Shown: in pieces, positions 10,297 to 35,085 of the stretch
Layout: each line of letters opens with the position of its first letter
Numbering within the stretch: position 1 is the stretch's first letter
Notes under the pieces: model-generated
What the model saw: the letters and a program-made list of their open reading frames with translations, nothing else
Told to the model about the DNA's origin: nothing
The model's database searches: none
Program-made: the position numbers and the translations under genes
Assembly: GCF_963506605.1 (NCBI RefSeq)
Contig: NC_083292.1
Coordinates: 39,060,001-39,124,000 of the forward strand
From: Zootoca vivipara
Lineage: Eukaryota
Direction: 5' to 3'
DNA length: 64,000 nucleotides

Positions 10297-12702
10297 CTGC
10301 TGCCTCTGGCCTGATCTGCAAAAACAAGCAACCCCTGGGCAGCTTCCAGATGTTAGCAAGAGTCATGCATCATGTGAAACGGAACCTATTTTGCACCTGC
10401 ATCTGCAGGTGGGGATGACTGACATCTTAACTTTCCACATGGTTTCATTGTAAATGAACGCAGGTGTTATTTTCTGCTTCTGAACTTAATCCTGCTTCTG
10501 AAATGCATCCCCCAAAGAGATTTGGGCCAACCAAGCTGGTGCTCCCAGTTGTGCTCTACAGCCATGTTGGCCAGGGGTTATGGGAGTTATAGTCCTCAAA
10601 CATCTGGAGGGCACCACATTGGCAAAGGCTGGATGTAAGCTGTTTGCAGTTAGGCTCTCCTTTGCAAATCAAAACCTCTCTGGTTTGCTGTGCTGCCAGA
10701 ATTGTGGTTTTCTGCAAAAAAAGCACATTCCTGATGTGAAGCTGGTGACTCAAGACACATCTTTTCATTTAAGATCCCCCACCTCCTGGTTTTCCTTTCT
10801 TCCCACCTAAACTTTTTAAAAAGAATTTAATCCAGTTTTGCATACTTAAGCTTGATTTCAGGGGCAGGAGACATTCTTTTCAGCCCACAGGGGCCAGATC
10901 CCCTCATAGAGAACCATTCTGGGGTCACTTGCAGTGGAGGGCAGAACCAGGTGCAGGGGTGGGCACGGATGGGAACATAAGTAGGTGGAGTCATGGAACT
11001 GACTCTTACCATACAAGGCTATATTCAAATCATGCAAAACTCAGAGATTTCTACACCATCACCGCTCTCTTCATCTTCCGTCCAGGTATGCAAGAAACAT
11101 TCTAACCATTCAAGGATGCCTTCCAGCCAAGGGAAAACACTCATAGGATCATATACTCATGGAATTGTAGAGTTGGAAAGGAACCCCCAAGGGTCATCTA
11201 GAGCCCCCTCCAATGCAGGGTCTCCAGGAGATCAAGGGTGGGGTGTGGTCTGGGGTGAGGGGTGTGGCCTCAGAAGAGTCCTGAGACCACATGTGGCCCC
11301 TAAGCCCAAGGATCCCACCCCTATGGGGTATTCATTCATTCATTTTCTAATTTTTGTGTATTGTGTGCTGCCCTCTCCCAAAACATCCATGGTGCCAACA
11401 CAATATAAACCCCAAGCAGCCATTGTGATCAGGAAAAGCAGTCTGAAATCAAATTATCATTAGCCTGGAGAGGAAAGTAGCATTCCTGGCTTCCACTTCA
11501 TTTGCTTGGGAGCAAGAACATTTTGTGTTGCTAGATGTGACTCTTGCCTTCTCTGTGTCATGTGGGGCCTTACGAATCTCCAGTTGGAAATTCCGTGTTA
11601 TTCATACATATACACACATGCACAAGCATTGACTTATGACAATTTTTAACAAATCAATGTGAGCTCAAGGTCAACTGCTCATCACATTCCTGCTGCTGTA
11701 GGTTTTGGTGCCCTGTGCCTGCCCCACCCAGAATTTGGACAGGGTGGGGCTGGGAAATGACAAAACCAGCTCCAAATCAATCCCAAAATCTCCTTTTCAA
11801 AGCGAGCAGGAGAAACAGCCTTCATTGAGATTCTACTCTTTTATCTCTGCAGCTCTGAACACTCTGAAAAATTGAAGGCAGCTTGCAGAAATATTCGAGA
11901 AGGAAAACGCACAATGCTGCTATGCTAAATAGCAGAAACTCAAATAAAGGTGTATGGGTTGTGTCGTACAAGGCCATGATGCTCTGGGGCAGGCAAGCCT
12001 TAATTCATTTCTTTATTCTTATGTTTATATACTGTCTTTCCTCCAAGGAGATGCAGGCAGTGGCTGTGGCTCTTTCTCCCTCTCCCCATTTCATCCTCAC
12101 AACAACCCTGCAAAGTAGGCTAGACTGTGAGACTGGCCCATGGTCACCCAGTAAGAGCTTTGTGGCCGAGTGGGGAGTTGAACCCTGGATTTATCAGGTC
12201 CCCCCAGCCTAACACTCTAACCACGGCACCACACTGGCTCTGAGGGACCGCATATCAAAGATTTGCATTGGGTCAAAACAAGCCCAGGCAGATGTTTTAC
12301 CATTTCGCCCTGCCCACTCACCCCAGCTGCCTGAGCATATTTTTTTCCAAATGGTATGTTCTCAAAACATCCCCCCCCCCAATTCCATGAAAAATGAACA
12401 CAATCCTGGGAAATGATGTTGCTTTGACGCCTTGCTATATCTTATTAAGAACCTAAGAACATAAGACTAGCCTGCTGGATCAGGCCAATGCCCCATCTAG
12501 TTCAGCATCCTGTTCCCACAACGGTCAACCAGAAGCCTGTTGGAAACCTGCAAGCAGGACCTGAGCACAAGCATCCTCTCCCCTCCTGTGTTTCCAGCAA
12601 CTGGTATTCAGAAGTATTCCTGCCTCCAACTATGGAGGCAGAGCATAGCCATCAAGACTGGCAGCCATCAGAAGTCTTCTCCTCCATTAATTTTATCTTC
12701 TA

Positions 12703-13745
12703 ATGCTATATAACACCTACATGAAACCACTGAGTGGGGTTATCCAGAGTTTTGGAGCACATTGCCAGCAATATGCTGATGACACACAGCTCTGCTTGTC
12801 ATTTACATCTGCAGGCGAGGCTGTGGATTTGCTGGACCAGTGTCTTGCCTTGGTGTTGGACCAGATGAGAGCCAACAAACTGGAGTTCAATCCAGATAAG
12901 ACAGAGGCACTGTTGGCGGGTGGTTCCCTAGACTGGATGGATGGGAGGTGGCCTGCTCTTGATGGGGTCACACTCCCTCTGAAGGAGTAGGGAATGGGAT
13001 GCAGCTTGGGGGTACTTCTGGATCCATTGCTGTCACCTGAGGTTCAGGTGGCCTCGGTGGCACCGAGTTCCTTCCATCAGCTTGGGTTGATGGCCCAGCT
13101 GCGCCCCTATCTACTCCAGTAACCTACTAAATGTGTTATACGTGGGGCTGCCTCTGAAGATGGTTCAAAAACATCGGCTGGTACAGAATTCAGTGGCCAG
13201 GTTGTTCACCATAGCAACATAGTTTGAGTATATTGCACCAATCCTAGCCTGACTACACTGGTAGGCAATCAGTTTCCAGGCCCAACTCAAGATGCTGGTG
13301 TTGACCGATAAAGTCTTAAAGGGCTTGGGACCGCAATAACTCTAGGTAGACTACCTCTCCCCATATGAACCTACCCAGACCCTGTGATCATCATCAGAGG
13401 CCCTTTGTGTTCCTCCCTCCTCCATGAGAGATCTGGAAGGTAGAAACACGAGAACAGGCCTTTTCTACAGTGGGTCCCCTTTTATGAAATGCTCTTCCCA
13501 AGGAGGCTCACCTGGCACCCTCATTACATATCTTTAGGCACCATTTCACTTCAACCAGGCACTTGGCTGATTAAACATTCTATAGCTTTTTAAATGTATT
13601 TCTGGGAGGGGGGGTTATAAGTCTGTTTTTGTTTTATTATGTATTTTGTATTCTCATTTTGTTTTGTTTTTTTGTGAACTGCCCTGTGATCTTCAGATGA
13701 AGGGTGGCATACAAATTAATTAAACAACAATAATAAATATATAAT
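12703..13745 (+). mobile_element. Degraded L2-clade LINE (RT C-terminal part and 3' end)
   Basis: QYADDTQL RT motif and NKLEFNPDKTE, followed by stops/frameshifts; AAT-rich tail. Confidence 0.8.
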
Positions 13746-14079
13746 AATAATTTATTTGTCTAATCTTCTTTAAAAGCAATCTAGGTTGGTGGCCATCATT
13801 GCCTCCTAAGTTTCAGTTTAACTACCGGTATGTCCTGCATGAAGGACTTCCTACTGTTCCTTTTGCAAAATATGGTTTGTGTTATTTGCAAAGCTAGTTT
13901 AATATTTTGAAAGTAACTAGCAAATTTGATACTTATTCTTTATTAGGTTACAGCTAAGCTCTACTCAGAGTAGATCCATATCCATCTACTCTGAGCAGGA
14001 GTAGCACTGGATTGGACAGAGTCCGCTTCTAGCCTTCAAAAACTGTCACCAGGCCACATAACCTCTCCTGTTTAAAACT

Positions 14080-14445
14080 GTTTTTCCCACCCACTTCCCG
14101 TCAGAGCTGAAGTTCAGCCAGAGCCAGCTGGAAAAGTGATGTGATCTTTGCCAAAGGATCATGTGAGGAAGTTGATCCTCTTCCCGCAACCAGGCCTCCC
14201 CACTCCCAGCCCCCCTCATCCTCTTACCACGGGTCAGTCTGCAAACCTGAGTAAACTTTTCCTGAGACAAACAGCCCAGATTTTCCACCGCCTGGCTAGA
14301 CTTCCTCAAAACCAGCTCAGCATAAAGCCAAGCAGCCTGCGGGCATTCGTCCACTCAGTTGCAATCTTTGGGTATTTTAAAAAGCAGCTTCTGCCCTGCA
14401 GACCTGCCCTTGCAAGAGAACTTCAGTGGCTGAATTTAAACTCAG
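14080..14445 (+). promoter_or_regulatory. CTSK: Putative CTSK promoter and non-coding exon 1 (donor after 14445)
   Basis: GGAAAA (14130), overlapping TCATGTGA/GAGGAAGT (14159-14172), strong CAG/gtaagg donor; first coding exon begins ag|GATG, requiring an upstream non-coding exon; TSS not determinable. Confidence 0.6.
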
Positions 14446-14512
14446 GTAAGGACAGCTGTAGAAGGGAGGGGGTGACCGGTCTACCAATTTTGGTTTCTGC
14501 CTTTTCTGCCTT

Positions 14513-14669
14513 NNNNNNNNNNNNNNNNNNNNNNNNNNNNNNNNNNNNNNNNNNNNNNNNNNNNNNNNNNNNNNNNNNNNNNNNNNNNNNNNNNNNNNNN
14601 NNNNNNNNNNNNNNNNNNNNNNNNNNNNNNNNNNNNNNNNNNNNNNNNNNNNNNNNNNNNNNNNNNNNN
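14513..14669. other. Assembly gap (157 N)
   Basis: Run of N in the putative CTSK intron 1. Confidence 1.
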
Positions 14670-16483
14670 AACTGATAAACATCTTTTTGCATGCAAATTT
14701 TGCCTAATATGCACATTGTTTGCAGGGAATTTGACATAATACATTTAGTTGCCGTTTTCACTAAGCTGCATTTTTATTCATATGCATTCTTATACTCATT
14801 TTTGAGACTGGGGTTGCATATCACAGAATTGTAAAGGACTGTGAGGATTATCTAGTCCAACCTGCTGCAGTGAAGGAATATGCAGCTGTCCCTTTCGGAG
14901 ACTGAACCTGCAAACTGGGCATTATCCACACCATGCTCTAACCGACTGAGCTATCCGGCATCAGAAAACTGCATTGCAAAATGTGGAGATCAGTGAATTT
15001 TGAAGGATGGCTGTGTTTCAGTTTGCGTGTTGTTTTGAGAGAAGCACCACTGATGTGGGTTTGCTTTGAAACATGGGTCAAATCAAAGATGTCTCCTCCA
15101 TCAACTAGATACCCCTTCTAGGCTGGGAAGTGGGTGGGAAAAACTCTATGATTCTATGATCTATGATCCCTTCATCCCTTATTAAGGCTCAAACCTTCCT
15201 ATAGGGCAGGGGTAGCCTATGTGGGGTCCTCCAGATGCTTCCAGATGACAGCTCCCATCCACCCTAACCATTTGTGGCCGATGGTCAGCGATGGTAATCT
15301 AGACTCACATCATCTGGAGGGCAGCACATTGGCCATCACTGCTACAGCCTTGCGGTGGTTTGTCAGTCATCTAAATCAGGCATATAATGGGGGGAGCTTT
15401 GGTCCTCTGCAGATGTTGCTGAGAGACTCCCTCTCTGGCAACCTGGAGATCTGCTGCCAGTCAAGAGTCAACAGCACTGAGCTAGATAGACCAAGTGGCC
15501 CGACTCAGGATAAGGCAGCTGCTTCTTATGTTCCTCTTTAAATCAACCCTTTCTACAGAACCACGAGGACCAGAATCTTACTTTATTTTGGGGGGTGGGA
15601 GAAATAAAAATTCTCTGAAAAATCCCCTTTAGAGGCCCCATCTTGTCTCTAGGAAGGGCTGTGAAAGGCTCCTGTCTGAAGCCCTGAACCTACAGGGTTC
15701 CACTGAGATTTAGCTTGCCCCAGTTTTTCGGTTTATTTTTTTTACATCCTACGGAGTTGAACAAAGGTAACCAGATCTTGGTTTGGCTGAAAGCGATGAC
15801 GTATGGCGCTTTTTAGAGTATTAATGGGAACCAGCTGTGGCGCTGCACGTGACTCTTTTATCTTCCTAGTCCTTTCAAAAGACGGGTTTTGGGGAGAGAG
15901 AGAGGGGAAGGGGCTGTGGAAGACAGAAAAATAACTTGTTTTCAGCAGAAGTGCCATCCAGGTAGGTTTTGGGAGGCAGCAGTCCAGGGCCCCACCCGGC
16001 AGAATGAGGGGGGACACCAAACTTACCAAGACCAGCTCACTTCTTTTTGAACTCAGCAAACTTTACCAATCTAAAGAGCCGGCCTTTCCTCCATGGAGCT
16101 CAGGACAAGCAAACGTAGTTTTACCCAGTCAACACCCCTCCCCGTGTTATACCTTACAACGACCCAGTGAGGTCAGACTGGCAGATGAGGACTAGCCAGA
16201 GGTCCCATTTTAAGCTTCCTGGGTGGCTGTCTGGGTTTGATCCTGTGCATCCACATCCTTACTCCCAAATCAGATCCAGCATCCATTAAAAGTGTGTGGC
16301 TTCCTGCAAAGGATCCTGGGAACAGGTGTTTGTTCCAGGTGCTGGGGATTGCAGCTCTGTGAGGGCTATGCTACAGTCCCCAGGATTATTTGGGGGAAGG
16401 CATGTGCGTTAAATAGATGGTGTGTATGTGAACCGATAATTTCCCCTCTTCCTCGTCCTTGCTCTCCTTTCTCCTGCTCCAGG

Positions 16484-21334
<4,851 letters not shown>

Positions 21335-21541
21335 CCAGTCCACACATGCACTGCCACACCAGAAGTGGCCCTCATGTCAGCAAATGGCTGGCTTCCTGAG
21401 CTGACATTACAGAGCAATAACAAGGGACTTCTGTGAAAGCTGTTTTGCTGCAATGATGTAGGCAGTTGTCTGTGACAGCATATTAAATGGCTTTTTTTTC
21501 CTTTTTCTTTTACACAAAATGTCTCTTGGTTTTTCCTCTGC

Positions 21542-21547
21542 AATAAA
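21542..21547 (+). terminator. Probable CTSK polyadenylation signal
   Basis: AATAAA ~210 nt after the stop. Confidence 0.6.
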
Positions 21548-22754
21548 AATGGGAAGCTTGCTAATATTAGGAACACATTCTCTCTCTCCCTCAACTTCAA
21601 TGCCAATACAAAATCCAGCATAGATTAATGCCGATCTTTTTATTGAGCTGATTCTTGGCTCCCAGAATGAAAAATTTCCCAACACGAAAGAGCCAGGGTC
21701 TCCACACTTGGGTATTCCTCTTATCCAGGCAAGTGAGAAGCATTTTCAGTGTGTAAGGACACATCCCAGCAGGGCAACAACCTACAAGGGGAGGATGCAA
21801 AGCAGGGGCTGATGAGGGGCGTGTGACTTGGTCCCGAGGGCCAGATAGAGAGGGCTGAAGGGCTGTGTTTGCTCACTGCATCGGAGCCTGAGGTTCCACA
21901 TGTCTGGTGTATGCAAATCAGGGCCTCAGAACATCCTCAAGCAGAGAAAGCAGGAAGAAACACACAGAGTAGATCGCTCAAGCAAGTGAGAAAGGCAACA
22001 TCCTCCATGAATGGTGAGGTGGATCCCACAGTCAGGAGGATGCAAGATCCAGCAGGTGTGCTAGGTCATATTTTGGGTACGAAGCAGCCCAGCAAGGTCC
22101 AGCAATCAAGTAAACAAAGGTGGTCAAGGACAGAACTTTATGGGACCCAGAGAAAGCCCTAGGAGCAGGCAACTTGCTCCAAGCAAGTCTCAACAGAGTC
22201 CTTTTTGTGTGCATTATCTGCTTTGGCCAGCAGGGCTAGGGGAGTGTGAGGCCTGGAGGTGAAGAGGAGGTCCTTCAATGAAATCTTGTTTGGGGGCAGC
22301 AGTCTCTGGGGCAGGGAGGGGGGCGTGGTCTCAGGTTGACTCAGTCACTGCCACTGGCTTTCTATGTACATACTATATCTGGATCACTGCTACAGCTACA
22401 AGTTGGGATCATGATGACAAAGAGGAATTGGGGTCCGGTCCATCTAGCATCCTATTTCCAACTCAAGTCAGCCAGATGCCCCTGGGAAGCCCCCAAAGCA
22501 GGGCACAAAGGCACCAGCTGTCACCTGCCATCTGCCTGGTATTCAAGGGTATAGTGCATCTGGACTTGGAGGTTTGATTTCAGTCTTGGCAATCGGCCAT
22601 GGATTTCCATGAATTTGCTCAACATTTTGGATTTTTGAAAAGAGCCATGTGAACCAGTGGCCACCAACCAGGGTGGGGTGGGGCTAGTTTCCCAAAACTA
22701 GCAATGCCTTGCCGTGTGTCAAAGAGCTTTCTTTTGTTCTGAATTTACTAGCAA

Positions 22755-22940
22755 TTAGCTCAGAAGCAGAGCTTCTGCTTTGCATGCAAAAGGTCCAACG
22801 TTCAATCCCTGGCATCTCTAGGTGGGGCTGGGGAAATGTCCCACCTGAAACCCCAGAAAGCTACTGCCAGTCACTGAAGACAATGCTGAGCTTGTTGGAC
22901 AAACCGCCTGACTCAAGCATAAGGCAACTTTCTCAGTTCC
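22755..22940 (+). mobile_element. tRNA-derived SINE (related copies near 1785, 16700, 22998, 24448, 32190, 48764, 48945, 63630)
   Basis: A-box tagctcag..ag, anticodon-like ttgca, B-box ttcaatccctggcatct, shared ctgccagtca body. Confidence 0.7.
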
Positions 22941-24667
22941 TCTTCAAACTGGCCGTTTCTTCAAAACCATGAGGACCAGAATCTTGTTGTTTTTAAAGGA
23001 AGGGCTGTAGCTCAGTGGTAGAACACCAGCTTTTCATGCTGAAGGTTCCATATTCAAATCCTTAGGGCTGCACTCCTAAGTGAGATTCAAGTACCAGTCC
23101 TGAACATGAGTGGGAAACAAGCATGCCATCCTGTCCTTCACTGCAGGGAGTAAAACTTCTAGACTCGGTCCAACTTGGCCTGGCTTTTTGCAATGTTTAT
23201 TATTTATTTATTTATTTTAAAAAATAAAATAAAAACTATATCACTATGTCATTTAAAAAGAAACCAAAGTGGTTCACAGCAATGAAACATAAAACCATAA
23301 AATAATTTTGTTTTGTTTTGTTTTAAAAAAGAGGCATCTATTAACCATTGTGCAATGGCATATTCTTAATTTCCTGCATAGGCCTGGCAGAATAGAAAAG
23401 TTTTCAGCAGGTGTTTAAAAGTTGGCACAGAAGACATCTTGGTTTCTTTTTGTCAAATGAGCCTTGCCAACTTGGGAAATGACCAACAACACTCCTGCAG
23501 ATGATCTCAGTGATTGAGCTGGGATATATAAGGATTCGGGTGGTCCCTGAGGTTTCCTGGACCTGAATTGTTCAGGCCTTTGCAAGTTAAAACAAGGTCT
23601 TTGAACCTTCTGCATGGGTGCAGAAAGCATCAGTGAGCCCAGGAAGAGAAAACTGGCAGCAGCTGGGGCCAGTTTTGGTTCTCCTTTCTGGTGATTACAG
23701 GAAGGGCATCAGCTGAATTTTGTTGAGTGCAGTGACTTAGGCCGCTCTCAACTCAAGAGTCAGGCCCCAGTGCATACATGTGGGCGAAAGAGGACCGTTC
23801 GCTGTGGCAAGTACCAAAAACCACTTGTTCCCTCAGCCCAGCTGCTTCTGGTATGTACAGCAAAGCCAAATTCGTACAGTCTCTGGGTTCGACGTGAGCC
23901 AGCTCTCTCCAAGCCACACTAAAATTAAACCAGTTTATATTTTCATGGCCCACCCAATTTGAGGGACTCCTTCCTGCTTCAGGTTTTGAGGGGGGCTAGA
24001 GATCTTTTAGAAAGGCTTCTCCACATTCCAGGAAAGCCAATTGACTCTTTGCCTGACCTCCTGGTTGGTTTCTTTAGCTGTGATTCCTGCACTGCAGGGG
24101 ATTGGACTAGATGACCATTAGGGGTACCTTCCAACTCTACCATTCTGTGATTATAGGCTTGGGAAGCCTGGCTGAATCAGGTCAAAGTGGGTATAGGTTA
24201 CTCAGAATCCTGCTTCTCACAGAGGCCAGTCAGATGCCCCCAGAAACCTTACCAGTGTGGCTGAATGCCAATAACCTTCTCTCACTGTCTCTCCCCAACA
24301 ACTGACATTCAGTGGTAGGCTGCCTCTGGACCTGGAGGCTTCACATAGCCATCATGACTCACAGCTTCCGAGAGATGTCTGCATCCTAAATTTGTGCCAT
24401 CTGTTTACATCATATCAAACTGGAAGAAGGAAGGCCAAGGAAGAGTCATGGCTCAGTGGAAGAGCACATGGTTTGCAAGCAAAGATTTTGGGTTCAATCC
24501 TTGATGCCTCCAGAAAGGGCTGGGAAAACGCCTCATCTGAAACCCTGGGGAGCTGCTGCCAGTCAGTGTTGACAGCACTGAGCTAGATGTGCCAAGGGTC
24601 TTATTCAGTATAAGGCAGCTTCCTCTGCTCCTAACAGTTTGACTCAGGGAAGACAGATCTGTTACTG

Positions 24668-24759
24668 CAAAATAAAAAAATTCCTTCAGTAGCACCTTAA
24701 AGACCAACTAAGTTTATATTTTAGTATGAGCTTTCGTGTGCATGCACACTTCTTCAGAT
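24668..24759 (-). mobile_element. Penelope-like element remnant with minimal hammerhead motif
   Basis: 14-bp direct repeat cagatctgttactg (24654-24667, 24755-24768); minus strand reads CTGAAGA-A-GTGTGCATGCACAC-GAAA-GCTC-ATAC. Confidence 0.7.
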
Positions 24760-25369
24760 CTGTTACTGGTTACTTATACAGTACTAGTAACTTTACTTGC
24801 TTTACTCAGATTAGGGAAGGGGGAAGAATTTGGATTGGGTCACATTTTTCGGTGAACTCCCCAGGTCACACTTCCCAAACTTAATACACAAACTGAGATG
24901 CACCTGTCCTTCAAAATCTGCCCATCTCCAAATTTTGCTGTGCAGTTCTCCAATCAAAACTGTGTGTATTAGGGAAACGTATCTGCCTACAAATTCAAAT
25001 ATTATTGGGAAATTACTAACAATGCATTGTATTATGGAAAATTGTATTTTAAAAATGTATGTATTAAGAAAAATGCTGACAGATATTAGTGAGGACTTTA
25101 AAAACTTGCATTGTAATTGGTGCACAAATAATTGTAAATTAAATTCAATACAGGAAAAAGGAGAGACACTGAGAGGAACTAAAATTGACAGATTCATCCA
25201 TTTCTAATCTGCCTTGATCCAGATCATATATCCTTCAATGTGTTTCGCAACAGGTTTAAATCTTAATAATATAGACATACATCCAGCAGGGAAAAGCAGC
25301 CCAGTTACTGGTTGTGTGAGCACAATCTGTGAAGAGAGAGATGCAGGTGCAGAAAAGAAACGCAGGGCA

Positions 25370-25720
25370 TCCTGTGAAGTGGGGAACCAAGCTAAACTTT
25401 CCTTGTTTCATAATCTCCTAGCAAGCCTGAAGATGTAACAAATCAATTCACAGTCATCTTGCATGCTCAGATTGCTCACCATTGTAATGAAAGCAAGGCA
25501 TTTCCTTTATTGGGGTGGGGAGGCTCATGTGACATTGAGCATAAGAAATCGAAAGTAGCCTTTTTATCACCAGCATGCGGGTGAAGAGGAGCAGTGTTGT
25601 TGAAAGGTTCAGACAGAGAACCAACATAAGAAAGGGGCTCCTGGAACGGGAAGGTTTCTTACACCCTGAAGACGAGGTCAAGAGAGAACACCCAGCCTCA
25701 GCCTGCTGAAAGACATTCAG
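25370..25720 (+). promoter_or_regulatory. CTSS: Putative CTSS promoter and non-coding exon 1 (donor after 25720)
   Basis: TCATGTGAC (25525-25533), ISRE-type GAAATCGAAAGT (25545-25556), CAG/gtaggt donor; coding exon starts cagcag|GATG. Confidence 0.6.
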
Positions 25721-26449
25721 GTAGGTATTTATAAGGAGAGACTTGGAAAGAGATTTTTTTCCTCCCCCTTACCGATCTCTTTCAGAGCAATTGAGGAAGT
25801 AACTTTATTTTTTCTTTTAGAAAAGGGTGTAGGTCCATAAGAGGGGAGGGGGCCCTCCAAAAGGCTGATATTTAAGAAGTGGTTTAGAAATGCTTTTAAA
25901 GAAGTAAAATAGGAGTAACTTTTATTAGGAAAAACAACAACAACAAAAACACCTCCATGCACTAAACTGTGGCCAGCTTTTAGGCACTGCAGAACTCTTT
26001 ATTGGGCAACATGTTATGGAAAGGGGAGGACTAGTCAGGTGAGGTAGGCAACAAAAGGAAAGTTGGAAAAGGAGGTTAGAGGTTGTTGTTAATTTTATTT
26101 AGTACCTGCCCTTCACCCTAAGGTCCTAGGGTTGCTCACAGCAATTTAAAATACAACAATTTATAGCAAATTAATATTTGAGGAATAGAGTGGGTCTGAA
26201 AATATACACATAGCCACAAAGGCTGGATATAGACTGAGCTTACAATGAAGACTGCAGGCTATGTTTCTCCCAGGTGCTGAAATACCAGATTAAGAACATA
26301 AGAACGACATCCCAATCTCCAAGAGGTGAGAGATTCCAGGGGTTCCAGGTGCTTACCCCAGGTTCACCTCACCCTGGAAGCCACCTGTCTTATTGCCATG
26401 ACACCATCAACCCTGTTCTTACCAGCTTTCTGTTTTCTGCCTCAGCAGG

Positions 26450-33947
<7,498 letters not shown>

Positions 33948-34317
33948 AGAGGATTTCCAGCTCACAATGGATTGTTCATCACTGAAAGAACAGCCCATTA
34001 GGCAACTAATCTTTAGAGTTTTTTAAAAAATCAAACTGCTCTGTTTTAAGAAGAGTGATTGGTCTCCAAAGGCAAGGTCTTCCTGTCAGCTCCACCGGGT
34101 AGATCTGAGACAAGGAGCCAAAATGATGATTTATCCTGGTTTATCTTGGTATTTGCTAAGCAATCCTGGTTTATCTTGGTATTTGCTAAGCACTCCCTGG
34201 GCGCTGTGGGGCTTAATCAGTTAATAATGTAATGTCTGTAGTCCTGTTCTGAACAACCCAAGCTTTATGTAATTGCCGGGTAGTACCTATCACTGTTACA
34301 ACCTCAAGGTATGTTGG

Positions 34318-34323
34318 AATAAA
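34318..34323 (+). terminator. Probable CTSS polyadenylation signal
   Basis: AATAAA ~370 nt after the stop. Confidence 0.6.
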
Positions 34324-35085
34324 AGCTGTGTCAGGTAAATACAGAAACAAACAAAAACCTTCTGTGACTCCAGAAATGGCAAGCAAGCCACTTTACAATG
34401 ATGGATGGGGAATCCTTTGTCAGCCCGAGGGTCACATTTCCTTCTGCATAACCATTAAAGGCCGCATACCAGTAGTGAGCATTGGCAAGAGGCAAAAGTG
34501 GGCAGGGCAACACATGCAAATGTTACCTTTGCACAGTAGGCTACAGTTTCTACACTTACATTTCTCCATGATCCTCCATCCAGATAATCAAGAGGCATTA
34601 TTGCTGTTCAAAGACACATTTGCGGCAAGGCAAAAACACCTGAGGTGCAAAAACAGGGCCAGTGCTTGAGTGTGGCCTGAGGAAAGTTCTGAGGCCCAGA
34701 GAAAGGGTTATGGAATACAATACAATAAAACTAATAATTGGTGATTATTTGTTTTTGATGTGGGTTAAAGCCACTTTAGTTGGAACCATCTTGGTGGAAA
34801 AGGCAGAAATGTGGATTTATTACATAATTCTGGAGTGGGTGAATAAAATGTCAGCTCAGCAGGAAAGGGTGGCGGCGGCGATGATGATGATTTTAGTTGC
34901 ATGCAAACAACCTTTCAACCTGGTTGGAATTTACAGTGAGTGGAGAAAAAAGACAGGGAAGATTAGGCAGAGGAAGGGAGTCTGAGCATCTGGAACTCCA
35001 AGTAGTGAACATGACCAGAGGCAAAGGTGGGTGGGACAACACATGTCAATATTACTTTTGCACAATAGACTACACTTAACACCTA

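Noticed and set aside
12703-12990. ORF with a YADD motif as a possible host gene
   Set aside because: Fragment of a degraded L2 LINE with stops immediately downstream
14148-14761. ORFs spanning the N run
   Set aside because: Artefacts of the assembly gap
22998-23065. tRNA-like sequence (gggctgtagctcagtggtagaacacc..ttcaaatcc), with similar ones at 1785, 16700 and 24448
   Set aside because: Degenerate stems, no complete cloverleaf, and most copies continue into a shared SINE body: SINE heads, not tRNA genes
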